40,447 nucleotides of DNA. It comes from a virus. The position numbers and the translations under genes were made by a program. The DNA is taken from IMG/VR virus record IMGVR_UViG_3300050505_000427, one strand, 5' to 3'. The notes below the pieces were generated by a model. It did no database searches. It was not told where the DNA came from and saw only the letters and a program-made list of their open reading frames with translations. Shown piece after piece: positions 1-7,626 of this stretch. How positions within the stretch are numbered: the stretch's first letter is position 1; each line of letters opens with the position of its first letter.

Positions 1-127
1 CTGTCGCGGCCCATGTCGCGGCCCTTGTCGCGTCCCCTGTCGCGGCCCTTGTCGCGGCCTCTGTCGCGGATCTCATGGCGACGTTTATTTTATTTTTTTG
101 TTGCTCTTCTATAAGACAAGTGGCAAG
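1..127. repeat. Terminal direct repeat, exact copy of 40321..40447 (circular-assembly overlap or terminal redundancy)
   Basis: Bases 1-127 are identical letter for letter to the last 127 bases of the window. Confidence 0.97.
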
Positions 128-349
128 AACGCCGGCCATAATAGCCACAAAAGGACTTTGTACGTGTATAATAGTTTTTGGAACGGGTAAATTGGCGGCA
201 GCATATAAACCATCCATAGCTTCCTTAAACTTCACTTTATCATCTTCCGTCATGGCATCCGTATTAAGTATAATCTTAGTCCATTTATCGGCCCATGGCT
301 TTAGTTGGGCTTCATGCTCTGGGGTTAATTCGTATAGTTTTTTCTTCAT
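1..349 (-). CDS. 5' part (N-terminal ~116 aa) of a junction-spanning gene; continues into 39422..40447 (415 aa in total once circularised)
   Basis: The ATG at 349-347 overlaps the stop of the upstream gene (ATGA). The frame stays open down to base 1. The codon phase at base 1 equals the phase at 40321 of ORF 39422..40396. N-terminus: MKKKLYELTPEHEAQLKPWADKWTKIIL... Confidence 0.8.
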   Translation of the reverse strand, partial: MKKKLYELTPEHEAQLKPWADKWTKIILNTDAMTEDDKVKFKEAMDGLYAAANLPVPKTIIHVQSPFVAIMAGVLATCLIEEQQKNKINVAMRSATEAATRAATGDATRAATWAAT

Positions 350-846
350 AATTCCTCCTCCCATTTTCCGGGAGTGCCGTTGATGTAGGCTTGACTTTCG
401 ATGAAAAACTCCGGATGACCAGCTGATAATTCTATGATTAAATCTTCGGGTAAACTTAACCCAGAATAATTGAGCTTCCAAAAAAGTTTTCGATCTTCAA
501 TAAATTGCCGGGGATCACTGTCCACTATATTCCACAATATTCCCCGTTCGGCGCAAAGCACGCGAGGGCCAAAAAATCGGGTAGTAAGGGTCTCTCCGTG
601 GAGGATGCAAAAGTTATCCCATCTGGCCATGGCATTATCTTGTTTCCTGCGGAGGGATGCGGGAGAAAGCTTTCCGCGTTTTGTTGGGCGAGATTCAGGA
701 GGAAGCTTGAGAAAGGCATCAAAAGCCATGTTGATGGCAGCACTGAAACTACAGTCGTTTTCTTTACAGAAGCGATTAATAATTTCGATTCGCTCTGGTG
801 AAAGGCTAACTGACTTGATTTGCTTGAGTTTTTTATCTTTTTCCAT
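346..846 (-). CDS. Hypothetical protein with a possible N-terminal ribbon-helix-helix DNA-binding fold
   Basis: 166-aa ORF. The N-terminus KSVSLSPERIEIINRFCKENDCSFSAAINMAFDAFLK fits a strand-helix-helix pattern. Its stop overlaps the next start (ATGA). Confidence 0.7.
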   Translation of the reverse strand: MEKDKKLKQIKSVSLSPERIEIINRFCKENDCSFSAAINMAFDAFLKLPPESRPTKRGKLSPASLRRKQDNAMARWDNFCILHGETLTTRFFGPRVLCAERGILWNIVDSDPRQFIEDRKLFWKLNYSGLSLPEDLIIELSAGHPEFFIESQAYINGTPGKWEEEL

Positions 847-857
847 CTTAATTATTT

Positions 858-887
858 ATTTTCACATAAGGGGGTAGGCCGTGTCAA
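858..887 (-). promoter_or_regulatory. Candidate sigma70-type promoter for the RHH-like/repeat-protein operon
   Basis: On the minus strand: TTGACA (887-882), 18-nt spacer, GAAAAT (863-858). A T-rich tract lies upstream. The ATG at 846 is 11 nt past the -10 box. Confidence 0.4.
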
Positions 888-1008
888 TAAAAAAAATACT
901 GAGAGAAGGGGGGTGGGGGTCTAGCAGAAATTAATAATTAATCTTTAAGCGCATGAAATTACAAGGAAAAGAGCTGTTTTTGGCTTATTAATCGCTAAGT
1001 AGGCGTGA

Positions 1009-1437
1009 TTATTCACATTCACGGAGAATGCGAGAGAATAGCTTTCCATGGTCTAACCCCGCGACATGGAGCATCTCGTGGCGAATAGTCCGTTGATAGT
1101 CTTGCTCGCCAAACCAAAAGCATGCTTCAAAAGCAAGAGGGTTAGTGTTTAAGGCAATGATAGGCTTCCCTAGATAGAACGTGACGCCACAGATCTGTAG
1201 CTCATTATTCGGCGGACGAAAAGCAGGAAAGCGATAGAGGTCCTCGTGGAGGACAATCACACTAGAAAGCTCTTTCAGCCTTCGTTGAGCCTCCGCGGGA
1301 ACCAGAGAACAATTCCCGAAATCAAGGATCGCCTCAATAATAGTAGTCTCCTCAAAAGGGGTCGTTCCAAACTGTGGCGGACTGAAGACCAGATATAGCC
1401 AAATGGCTATAGGGCTCAAAAATAGAAAAAGTTTCAT
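1009..1437 (-). CDS. Small secreted metzincin-like zinc metalloprotease (paralog 1)
   Basis: 142 aa with a hydrophobic N-terminus MKLFLFLSPIAIWLYLVF. HEMLHVAGLDH (1048-1080) matches HExxHxxGxxH exactly. Confidence 0.65.
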   Translation of the reverse strand: MKLFLFLSPIAIWLYLVFSPPQFGTTPFEETTIIEAILDFGNCSLVPAEAQRRLKELSSVIVLHEDLYRFPAFRPPNNELQICGVTFYLGKPIIALNTNPLAFEACFWFGEQDYQRTIRHEMLHVAGLDHGKLFSRILRECE

Positions 1438-1682
1438 TCCCCCAGTACCCGCAACCGCACAATAGCCGGGATAAGAATTAGACTTCCCTCATCGTCATCA
1501 CGGTTCTCACTAGAGACCCAATGAAGAAGCTGGACGACGCCTTCTTCCTCATCAACAACCGAAAGCCATCCATTTACTTCTATAAAAACCGGATCTATAT
1601 CTGCGCCACCGATAACATGATCTTTAATCTGTAAAACCACAAAGTGGCCTCGCGCTTTCCTAAGAGCCTTTAGTGTGACCAT
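1434..1682 (-). CDS. Hypothetical protein
   Basis: 82-aa ORF. A GGAGA Shine-Dalgarno sequence lies upstream of the ATG. ATGA overlap with the downstream gene. Confidence 0.7.
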   Translation of the reverse strand: MVTLKALRKARGHFVVLQIKDHVIGGADIDPVFIEVNGWLSVVDEEEGVVQLLHWVSSENRDDDEGSLILIPAIVRLRVLGE

Positions 1683-1894
1683 TTTGTCTCCAATTTTTTG
1701 ATTTTAGCATACGTACTAAAAACGCCGTCATCTTCCAGCCGAATCCATAGATCATCGTTAACATCCACCAGAGCCTCGCCCTCATCCAAAACTTGATACA
1801 GGGACTGATGGAAAAGACTGCTATTAAGAAGGATAAGCTTATACCCAATCTCAAACTTATAGCTCGGGTTCTTCTTTTGCTTCTTAAACACCAT
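1670..1894 (-). CDS. Hypothetical protein, first gene of the minus-strand accessory operon
   Basis: 74-aa ORF with a 13-nt overlap with the next gene. Preferred over the alternative-frame ORF 1660..1959. Confidence 0.6.
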   Translation of the reverse strand: MVFKKQKKNPSYKFEIGYKLILLNSSLFHQSLYQVLDEGEALVDVNDDLWIRLEDDGVFSTYAKIKKLETKWSH

Positions 1895-1914
1895 CCGAAA
1901 AGCCTATCATAAAC

Positions 1915-1943
1915 TTGACACTCCCGCAAGCATTTGTTAAGCT
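1915..1943 (+). promoter_or_regulatory. Candidate early sigma70-type promoter
   Basis: TTGACA (1915-1920), 17-nt spacer, TAAGCT (1938-1943). The ATG at 1950 is 6 nt downstream and has no Shine-Dalgarno sequence. Confidence 0.5.
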
Positions 1944-1949
1944 CTTTCC

Positions 1950-2117
1950 ATGGACCCATACAAACTCTACGCCCTCGGCCTCTTTATCTCTTCCCTCAGC
2001 AGCGCTCTTAGCCTCTTCGGCGCAGTCACCGCAGAAAATGCACTAGACTATGCCAGAATAACCTGGAAAATCCATGCAGTCTTTTCTTTCCTTTTTCTCG
2101 CGGCGATCTTATGGTAA
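1950..2117 (+). CDS. Small membrane protein (55 aa)
   Basis: My own translation: MDPYKLYALGLFISSLSSALSLFGAV...FSFLFLAAILW, with two hydrophobic segments. Its stop overlaps the next start (ATGGTAA). Confidence 0.5.
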   Translation: MDPYKLYALGLFISSLSSALSLFGAVTAENALDYARITWKIHAVFSFLFLAAILW

Positions 2118-2332
2118 TATCCCGCAAAACATGGTGCCCGTACTGTAACGGCACAAACTGGATCCGCCCCCTAGCCCACACTCGCTATATGACCACCCTC
2201 CAACATCTCTGTCTATCTTGTGGCTACTGTCGCCAAACGGTAGTCGCCACCAATGGCCGCCGGGGTGTCGCCAAGGACAAGCTAACCGACATGGATAAAA
2301 AAATCCTTGGCAACGTCTCTTTTTCGCGGTAA
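2111..2332 (+). CDS. Zinc-ribbon protein
   Basis: 73 aa with CPYC...CLSCGYC cysteine pairs. Confidence 0.65.
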   Translation: MVISRKTWCPYCNGTNWIRPLAHTRYMTTLQHLCLSCGYCRQTVVATNGRRGVAKDKLTDMDKKILGNVSFSR

Positions 2333-2341
2333 GCTCTCGGT

Positions 2342-2869
2342 ATGGAAAAGAAACTATCTAATAACCGCAAACACTTCGTCCATCTCTTGGTTCCTCCCGT
2401 TCCCGGCGATGCATTCAACATTGCTAGGCTTCCCCTCGAAGCAATTGCCTTCAGTCTCAACCACATCAATCGCTTCGCTGGCTCAGCCGGATGCCTTGAC
2501 GTGCTTACCCACTCCATTCGCGTCTATGAAATCGTACGAGACAGAGGCGGCGACCGCTCCCAGCGCCTTCAGGCTCTTCTCCATGATGCAGCCGAAGTTG
2601 TAATCGGGGATATCCCCAGCCACGTTAAACATTCCTGTAATCAAATCGAAGCCATTGAAGCCTTTCACTTTACTCGTCTCATGGAAGAATACAATTTACC
2701 GACTCTCTTAGACCCACTCGTCAAGCAAGCTGATAACGAAGCCCTTGTCGAAGAAAAAACCATGATCGAAGCCATGCGCCTCTATAGCAAGCGCAAATTC
2801 CCACAGCGCTACCGAGACCCCCAAAAGCTGTGGCTTGAACTCATGGAATACAATCTTACTAGAGCCTAG
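2342..2869 (+). CDS. HD-domain phosphohydrolase (YfbR/5'-deoxynucleotidase-like)
   Basis: 175 aa. Contains VLTHSIRV, then ALLHDAAEVVIGDIPS (HD motif followed by a downstream D). Confidence 0.8.
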   Translation: MEKKLSNNRKHFVHLLVPPVPGDAFNIARLPLEAIAFSLNHINRFAGSAGCLDVLTHSIRVYEIVRDRGGDRSQRLQALLHDAAEVVIGDIPSHVKHSCNQIEAIEAFHFTRLMEEYNLPTLLDPLVKQADNEALVEEKTMIEAMRLYSKRKFPQRYRDPQKLWLELMEYNLTRA

Positions 2870-2870
2870 A

Positions 2871-3179
2871 ATGGCAAAGAGGCATTTCTTTCTCTTCCGA
2901 ATCCCTAGCGACCAAGAACAACAATCCTACGGTCTACCCCGCCTATGGTGGCCGTTTCCTGCGGAAACGATAGTGGAGCTTATCGAGAATGATCTTCTTT
3001 ACTACGTAAACTCGCCGACCTATGACCGAGCGCTCTCCAAGAACTCCATAGACACAATCCGTGAGGCTCGCGCTTCACGTCTCTGCAAGTGCTCTGCCAA
3101 ACTCATGACCCGTGCAATGCTTCTAGACGAAAAACCTCACGATAGCTTTTGTCCCCTCACTACCCTAAAGGTTCTCTGA
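2871..3179 (+). CDS. Hypothetical protein
   Basis: An internal ATG 2 nt after the upstream stop was chosen over 2835. TGATG overlap with the next gene. Confidence 0.65.
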   Translation: MAKRHFFLFRIPSDQEQQSYGLPRLWWPFPAETIVELIENDLLYYVNSPTYDRALSKNSIDTIREARASRLCKCSAKLMTRAMLLDEKPHDSFCPLTTLKVL

Positions 3180-3640
3180 TGGAAAAGTTTGTCCACCCCG
3201 AAGGCCCCTCTCCGGCCCTTATCATGCTCATAGGAGAAGCCCCCGGTCGCCTAGAGGCCTCCCTCGGCCGTCCTTTTATAGGCTCATCCGGGCAACTTCT
3301 CCGCCGCGCCCTTTCAGACGCAGGCTTTTCCGATAATGAATGTCTCTTCGCAAATACCATAAACTTCCGCCCGGCCAACAACCGAACCCCCACTCCCGAT
3401 GAAATAGCCCTCTACCAAGACGAGCTAATAGCACACTTCTTACTGGCGCAGCCGCGGATTCTCATTTGCCTAGGGCGCACCGCCAGAGAGGCAATACAAA
3501 AATGGCCGCTTCACTTCCTAAAGATGCCTAAAATAGTCTCCTTCTTTTACCACCCTGCCTACGTCCTCCGCAGGCGCCGCCGAGAGCTAGCCGCCTGGCG
3601 AGCGAGCTTTGCCCGTCTCGCGCAAGAACTCGCCTCATAA
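3179..3640 (+). CDS. Uracil-DNA glycosylase, family 4 (phage-type)
   Basis: GEAPGRLEASLGRPFIGSSGQLL (motif A) and YHPAYVLRR (motif B-like). Start taken at MEKFVHPEG. Confidence 0.85.
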   Translation: MEKFVHPEGPSPALIMLIGEAPGRLEASLGRPFIGSSGQLLRRALSDAGFSDNECLFANTINFRPANNRTPTPDEIALYQDELIAHFLLAQPRILICLGRTAREAIQKWPLHFLKMPKIVSFFYHPAYVLRRRRRELAAWRASFARLAQELAS

Positions 3641-3682
3641 AACTTCTTGACAGAACCCCCGGCCCTGTGTCATGCTTAATTC

Positions 3683-4057
3683 ATGAACTTCTCACGCCCT
3701 CTAGATGCTTTTCTCGCGGCCACGGCAATCATGCTCTGGATTATCGCCATAGCGGTCCTAATGACCCTCCGCATGCCTAGCGACGACGCTCCCGCGCGCA
3801 GCACCTTCCCAACCGATGACCCAATGAAGAAGGTCTTTAGCTCCACCAGCGGCATCTATCTCTTCACTGGCCGGGAAGTCGGCGGCTGCACCCCAAACGG
3901 CATTCTATTTAAAGAAGTCTCAGGCCCACATTTCGGCCCCCAACTCCACAAAACTAGTCTCTGCGTGCAAGCGGCCAGCGTCATAACCCTTAATCTAAAC
4001 GATCCAAATGTTTTTTTGGAGGGAGATCACATCGGCACAGGCCAGAGTGTCCACTAA
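3683..4057 (+). CDS. Membrane-anchored hypothetical protein
   Basis: 124 aa with an N-terminal TM segment AFLAATAIMLWIIAIAVLMTL. A TTGACA box lies at 3647-3652 upstream. Confidence 0.6.
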   Translation: MNFSRPLDAFLAATAIMLWIIAIAVLMTLRMPSDDAPARSTFPTDDPMKKVFSSTSGIYLFTGREVGGCTPNGILFKEVSGPHFGPQLHKTSLCVQAASVITLNLNDPNVFLEGDHIGTGQSVH

Positions 4058-4058
4058 C

Positions 4059-4256
4059 ATGCCAGACAAATGCCAAAAGCATAATTGCCCTCTAAAGCCC
4101 CTTCTCACAAGTTTCTTTTGCCCGGAATGCGAGGACGAAGCGCGAGTACAAAAAGAAATAGACTCCATGCTCGCGGAAAGCCTCATCGAGCTAGAAGAGC
4201 TCGATAAGATCAGCCCAAGGCCCGCTAATTGGCCCTACAACAAGGGGAAAATATGA
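4059..4256 (+). CDS. Small Cys-containing hypothetical protein
   Basis: An internal ATG just after the upstream stop was chosen over 4008. Contains CQKHNC...CPEC. Confidence 0.55.
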   Translation: MPDKCQKHNCPLKPLLTSFFCPECEDEARVQKEIDSMLAESLIELEELDKISPRPANWPYNKGKI

Positions 4257-4372
4257 AAAACTTTATTCGTGAAATGGCAGAGTTATATTTCTTTATCGCA
4301 ATTATGTTAATTGTTTTAGGTGGCGCCGTTTTGACCGGCTACAAACTCGCGCATCTTTTGGGGCTTCTATGA
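4253..4372 (+). CDS. Small single-pass membrane peptide (39 aa)
   Basis: My own translation: MKNFIREMAELYFFIAIMLIVLGGAVLTGYKLAHLLGLL. ATGA overlaps at both ends. Confidence 0.4.
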   Translation: MKNFIREMAELYFFIAIMLIVLGGAVLTGYKLAHLLGLL

Positions 4373-4797
4373 CCTCTCAACAAATCGATAGTCTAAAGCC
4401 GGGAGATACCTTTACTTTCCCGGAAAAAAAAGCCCTGATTCTAAATGGCTTTATATTAAGTCCGAATTTGCCCGGTATGTATTTTCCTAGCCATAGCAGC
4501 TTTATCTCAGATAATATCATTGGCGAAATGGTTATCGTCGAATTTATCGATCAAGGATCGATTTATTTTTGTAAGTATGGAAATATTAGTATAAAAGACT
4601 CGGTCTCAAAATCCTGGTTAAAACTTTTATTTAATTCTCTCCCTATTAAAGAAAGAAAAGAGCTTAAATACTGCACCTGCAGCGCCATGCTTCACAGCGC
4701 AGTCCGAAGCGGAACCGTCTCTCTAACCAACGCCGCACATGACACTTTCTGCGCCTACTTCCGCCACGGAGAGTCTAATCATACGAGGATAAAATGA
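4369..4797 (+). CDS. Hypothetical protein
   Basis: 142-aa ORF, coupled at both ends, lying in an AT-richer segment. Confidence 0.65.
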   Translation: MTSQQIDSLKPGDTFTFPEKKALILNGFILSPNLPGMYFPSHSSFISDNIIGEMVIVEFIDQGSIYFCKYGNISIKDSVSKSWLKLLFNSLPIKERKELKYCTCSAMLHSAVRSGTVSLTNAAHDTFCAYFRHGESNHTRIK

Positions 4798-5090
4798 AGA
4801 AGCCAAACTACAAAACCCTAATCGATAAAGACAAAGTTATTGCTGAGGCCGTTACGGCAGATCACCTAGACTTAGATTTCTTTAAAAGCGCCTGGGATCA
4901 AGTCCAATTAACTAACTTAATTCTCGCTTTCAATGAGCTAAACATCGCAACGGCAACAGTCGTTGCAACGCCCAACCAAGATCACGAAGACTGGCACCAC
5001 GCGAGCCTCGTCGTATTTACCTCTCGCCTAACGGAAATTCTCGACCTTTGGCTCTATCGGGCCCAAGGAGGAAGAAAAAAAAATGAGTGA
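4794..5090 (+). CDS. Hypothetical protein
   Basis: 98-aa ORF with an ATGA overlap with the upstream gene. Confidence 0.65.
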   Translation: MKKPNYKTLIDKDKVIAEAVTADHLDLDFFKSAWDQVQLTNLILAFNELNIATATVVATPNQDHEDWHHASLVVFTSRLTEILDLWLYRAQGGRKKNE

Positions 5091-5253
5091 AGCTCAAAAC
5101 AATTTATCCAAGCCCTTCTCTCCCGAAAATGCAAGCAGCTTCGTCACCGAGAGGCGTGCGGCTCGGGAAGCTATCTCTCGCCGCGCCGGGCAGAAAAAGA
5201 AGAAAAAAGTTAGCCTCCTGGAACAAGTTCTACAGGAAACCCCAAAGGTATGA
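5083..5253 (+). CDS. Small basic hypothetical protein (56 aa)
   Basis: My own translation: MSEAQNNLSKPFSPENASSF...KKKKKVSLLEQVLQETPKV. A GGAGGAAG Shine-Dalgarno sequence lies upstream. ATGA coupling to the 5250 gene. Preferred over track ORF 5087..5272. Confidence 0.45.
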   Translation: MSEAQNNLSKPFSPENASSFVTERRAAREAISRRAGQKKKKKVSLLEQVLQETPKV

Positions 5254-5936
5254 GTCTCACCTGCCAAGATAAGGATAAAAACGATTGGCGCTGGTACACG
5301 GATAGCGACGGCGCTAACTACATTAGCGTTACCAGTGTGCTAGCACACATTATCCCAATCGAACTCAAACGATGGTTCATCCGCACCCCCGCAGAGGAAA
5401 TCGATGACAAGTCCTTAACCGCAGCGGACCACGGAACCACAATCGCACGAGCCCTCGAAGATAAATTTAAACATGGCCTAGATAACAAACTCCCCGAGCT
5501 AGACGCTCTTTCCACTCTCTTGGCGGCAAACAATCTAAAGATTGTAGACGTAGAGTTTCCAGTACACAGTTCGCAGTATGGCTTCGCCGGTAGAGTGGAC
5601 ATGCTCCTAGAACATACCGCCTTTGACGGCCGGATCCGTAGGATCCTGGGGGATCTCAAAACTGGCCGCATGCTATCTCCCACCACCGGCTGGCAACTCG
5701 CTGCCTACAGGCAAGCCTACAACGAACTGCACCCTCTCGAACCGGTAGAAGGCTATTGCGCCATCCATCTGCCCCGCCATCAGCCCGAAAAGGGAAAGGT
5801 CTTTCATTACGAGCACCTAGATTTTTGCTTCCATGCATTTTTATCTTGCCTTCAAACTTTCAAAGGCCTATACTGGACTAGACTCTCAAAGCTAGGGTGG
5901 CCATGGCTAGAGAAAAATATATTTGAAACGGAGTAA
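5250..5936 (+). CDS. PD-(D/E)xK nuclease (RecB/Cas4-like phage exonuclease)
   Basis: GRVDML...GDLKTG...QLAAYRQAY fits the D...(D/E)xK...QxxxY motif order. Confidence 0.75.
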   Translation: MSLTCQDKDKNDWRWYTDSDGANYISVTSVLAHIIPIELKRWFIRTPAEEIDDKSLTAADHGTTIARALEDKFKHGLDNKLPELDALSTLLAANNLKIVDVEFPVHSSQYGFAGRVDMLLEHTAFDGRIRRILGDLKTGRMLSPTTGWQLAAYRQAYNELHPLEPVEGYCAIHLPRHQPEKGKVFHYEHLDFCFHAFLSCLQTFKGLYWTRLSKLGWPWLEKNIFETE

Positions 5937-5938
5937 CA

Positions 5939-6655
5939 ATGCCAATTAAACTTGCAGACGTATCTTCCCAGCAACCGCTTCCTCTCCGTCTCCTTCAAAT
6001 CGGAGACACTGGAACCGGCAAAAGCCTTCGCGCAGCCGATGCCACCCGTTGGGGCCGCGTTTACTTCTTTGATTTCGACGGTAAAATGAAAATCCTTGCC
6101 GATAGCCTTCCAGCGGCACAAAAGGCACTCATAGACTTTGACACTTATACCGATGTCGAAAGTGCGATCCGATTCGCAGACTCTCTTTTAAAGGATTGCC
6201 CTTATCAAACCATCGTAGTCGATACCATCAGCGTCTTTAACGAACTAGCCGAAGAACACGCAAAAGTAAAAGGAAAAATCCCAATCGATGGCAAGCTTAG
6301 TTATGAGGGCTGGGATTACATTCGCAATCTCTGCAACGAACTTTACTTCAAACGCCTGCATAAACTTCCCTGTAACGTTATCGTTAACTGCCACGTAGAA
6401 AAAAGTAAAGATCTCGAGGGCAAGGAAGTTCTCGCCGCCGCAGGCCGCGGGAGCTTTATTAACGGTCTCCCACGCCGTATGACCGATGTGCAATATCTTG
6501 CCTTTTCCGGCGGTAAATACGTTGTAAAGGCAAAGAAAAGTGAACGGATAGCTACTAATAGCTTTGTCGCCCCAGAGTTTGTTGACGCTCTCGGCAATCT
6601 AAAAGTCCTTGACCTAAGTGTCTTCGACGGCCGCGTTATGACGGAGAAAAAATAA
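5939..6655 (+). CDS. Sak4-like RecA-fold ATPase (AAA_24 type)
   Basis: Walker A GDTGTGKS and Walker B IVVDTIS. Typical neighbourhood: nuclease upstream, SSB-like downstream. Confidence 0.8.
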   Translation: MPIKLADVSSQQPLPLRLLQIGDTGTGKSLRAADATRWGRVYFFDFDGKMKILADSLPAAQKALIDFDTYTDVESAIRFADSLLKDCPYQTIVVDTISVFNELAEEHAKVKGKIPIDGKLSYEGWDYIRNLCNELYFKRLHKLPCNVIVNCHVEKSKDLEGKEVLAAAGRGSFINGLPRRMTDVQYLAFSGGKYVVKAKKSERIATNSFVAPEFVDALGNLKVLDLSVFDGRVMTEKK

Positions 6656-6753
6656 TGGATTTATTTTTTGAATGTGTACTTACGGCACTTCTTGTAGGTA
6701 TATTGTCCGACAATTTTACCAGTTATTTAATCCGAACAAAGAGAAAGAAATAA
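6655..6753 (+). CDS. Possible 32-aa membrane peptide
   Basis: MDLFFECVLTALLVGILSDNFTSYLIRTKRKK. TAATG overlaps at both ends. Very short. Confidence 0.3.
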   Translation: MDLFFECVLTALLVGILSDNFTSYLIRTKRKK

Positions 6754-6995
6754 TGCCTGATATTACCTTGCGCTCCGGCGAAAATTGTCCCCTCAAAGAC
6801 AGTTGCTATCGCCACGTTGCATATCCTGAAGAGTGGCAATCATATTTTTCAAGTGCTCCCTACAACCACGAAACAAAAATCTGTAATTATTTTTGGGCGC
6901 TCTACGAAAAAACCTTGCAAGTTCCAGAGAAACCTGTTAAGGTTTCAGAGTGCAATAAAGCACACAAAAAGAAAAAAGGAAACAAAAGAAAATGA
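6753..6995 (+). CDS. Hypothetical protein with a Lys-rich tail
   Basis: An internal ATG was chosen over 6672. ATGA overlap with the next gene. Confidence 0.55.
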   Translation: MPDITLRSGENCPLKDSCYRHVAYPEEWQSYFSSAPYNHETKICNYFWALYEKTLQVPEKPVKVSECNKAHKKKKGNKRK

Positions 6996-7531
6996 ACTAC
7001 TCATTCCAAGATCCACAACTCTCGGCTGAAGAGATAGCAGCCCTCTCCGCCGAAGCTCCAAAAAGAGAACGTGAGCTCGCCAAGCCAGGTCGCTACGCGA
7101 TGACCGTAAAACGCATTAGCGCGCGCCAGATGGGCTCCACTGGAAAATTCAAAGCAGAAATTTTTCTCGTCCACGCAGATGCAGAAAATCGTGGTCTAAC
7201 GGGCGCCTCACTCGTCCTATTCCGCGCTAAGGATAGCACTGTCAAGAACAGTAGTGTGACCCAGCGCTTCCTCAAAGTACTAGGCCAATCAGCCGGTATT
7301 AACGATGAAACTGCGCTTCACACCATGACTTGGGCGCCAGACACATCCGCTGAAGCCGACGAGTATGGCAGCGTTCCAGCCGCAATTGGCATTAACGTGG
7401 GCGGAAACTATGAAGCCCTTAATCTAGAGGGCGTAACCGTTCTCGCAGACGTTGATGTTGAGACCTTTACCCGTCGCGATGGTTCAGACGGCGAAAAGAA
7501 TATCATTAAGCGTATTAGCACAGTCCAGTAA
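6992..7531 (+). CDS. Putative ssDNA-binding protein (DUF669-like)
   Basis: 179 aa directly downstream of the Sak4-like ATPase. The N-terminal pattern PGRYAMTVKRISARQMGSTGKFKAEIFLV resembles DUF669, from memory. Confidence 0.5.
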   Translation: MNYSFQDPQLSAEEIAALSAEAPKRERELAKPGRYAMTVKRISARQMGSTGKFKAEIFLVHADAENRGLTGASLVLFRAKDSTVKNSSVTQRFLKVLGQSAGINDETALHTMTWAPDTSAEADEYGSVPAAIGINVGGNYEALNLEGVTVLADVDVETFTRRDGSDGEKNIIKRISTVQ

Positions 7532-7563
7532 TTGCTCCGCAATTACCCTGTGCTTTCCCCCGA

Positions 7564-7596
7564 GGACACCCGGTTAATCCCCCTTACCGGGTGTCC
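7564..7596 (+). terminator. 10-bp perfect stem-loop between the SSB-like and polymerase genes
   Basis: GGACACCCGG (7564-7573) pairs with CCGGGTGTCC (7587-7596) around a 13-nt loop. There is no clear U-tract, so terminator function is uncertain. Confidence 0.35.
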
Positions 7597-7626
7597 CTCC
7601 CCTAGAGGGGCATAAAAAGAGACCAA

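Noticed and set aside
75-383. Plus-strand ORF of 102 aa at the window start
   Set aside because: It lies antisense to the junction-spanning minus-strand gene, which has ATGA coupling and continues in frame at the other end of the window. The product is hydrophobic and low-complexity, which is typical of a shadow ORF.
470-877. Plus-strand ORFs 470..877 and 505..801, and minus-strand ORF 525..743
   Set aside because: All overlap the 346..846 minus-strand gene. None has a Shine-Dalgarno sequence or coupling. They are shadow frames.
1009-1437. ImmA/IrrE-type cytoplasmic HExxH regulator protease as the identity of the small HExxH proteins
   Set aside because: Both proteins have hydrophobic signal-like N-termini and the extended HExxHxxGxxH motif. 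Neither has an adjacent XRE-type repressor partner.
1660-1959. Minus-strand ORF of 99 aa
   Set aside because: It occupies an alternative frame over 1670..1894 and would run across the divergent promoter and the 1950 start. Its composition is odd (Trp/Arg/Cys-rich).
2342-2869. Z-genome (2-aminoadenine) pathway inferred from the HD phosphohydrolase plus the MazZ-like protein
   Set aside because: No PurZ/adenylosuccinate-synthetase-like ORF is present, and that enzyme is the defining step. The two hydrolases alone are common in ordinary phages.
5087-5272. Plus-strand ORF of 61 aa
   Set aside because: It is replaced by the +2-frame ORF 5083..5253. That ORF has a GGAGGAAG Shine-Dalgarno sequence and ends in an ATGA overlap with the nuclease gene.
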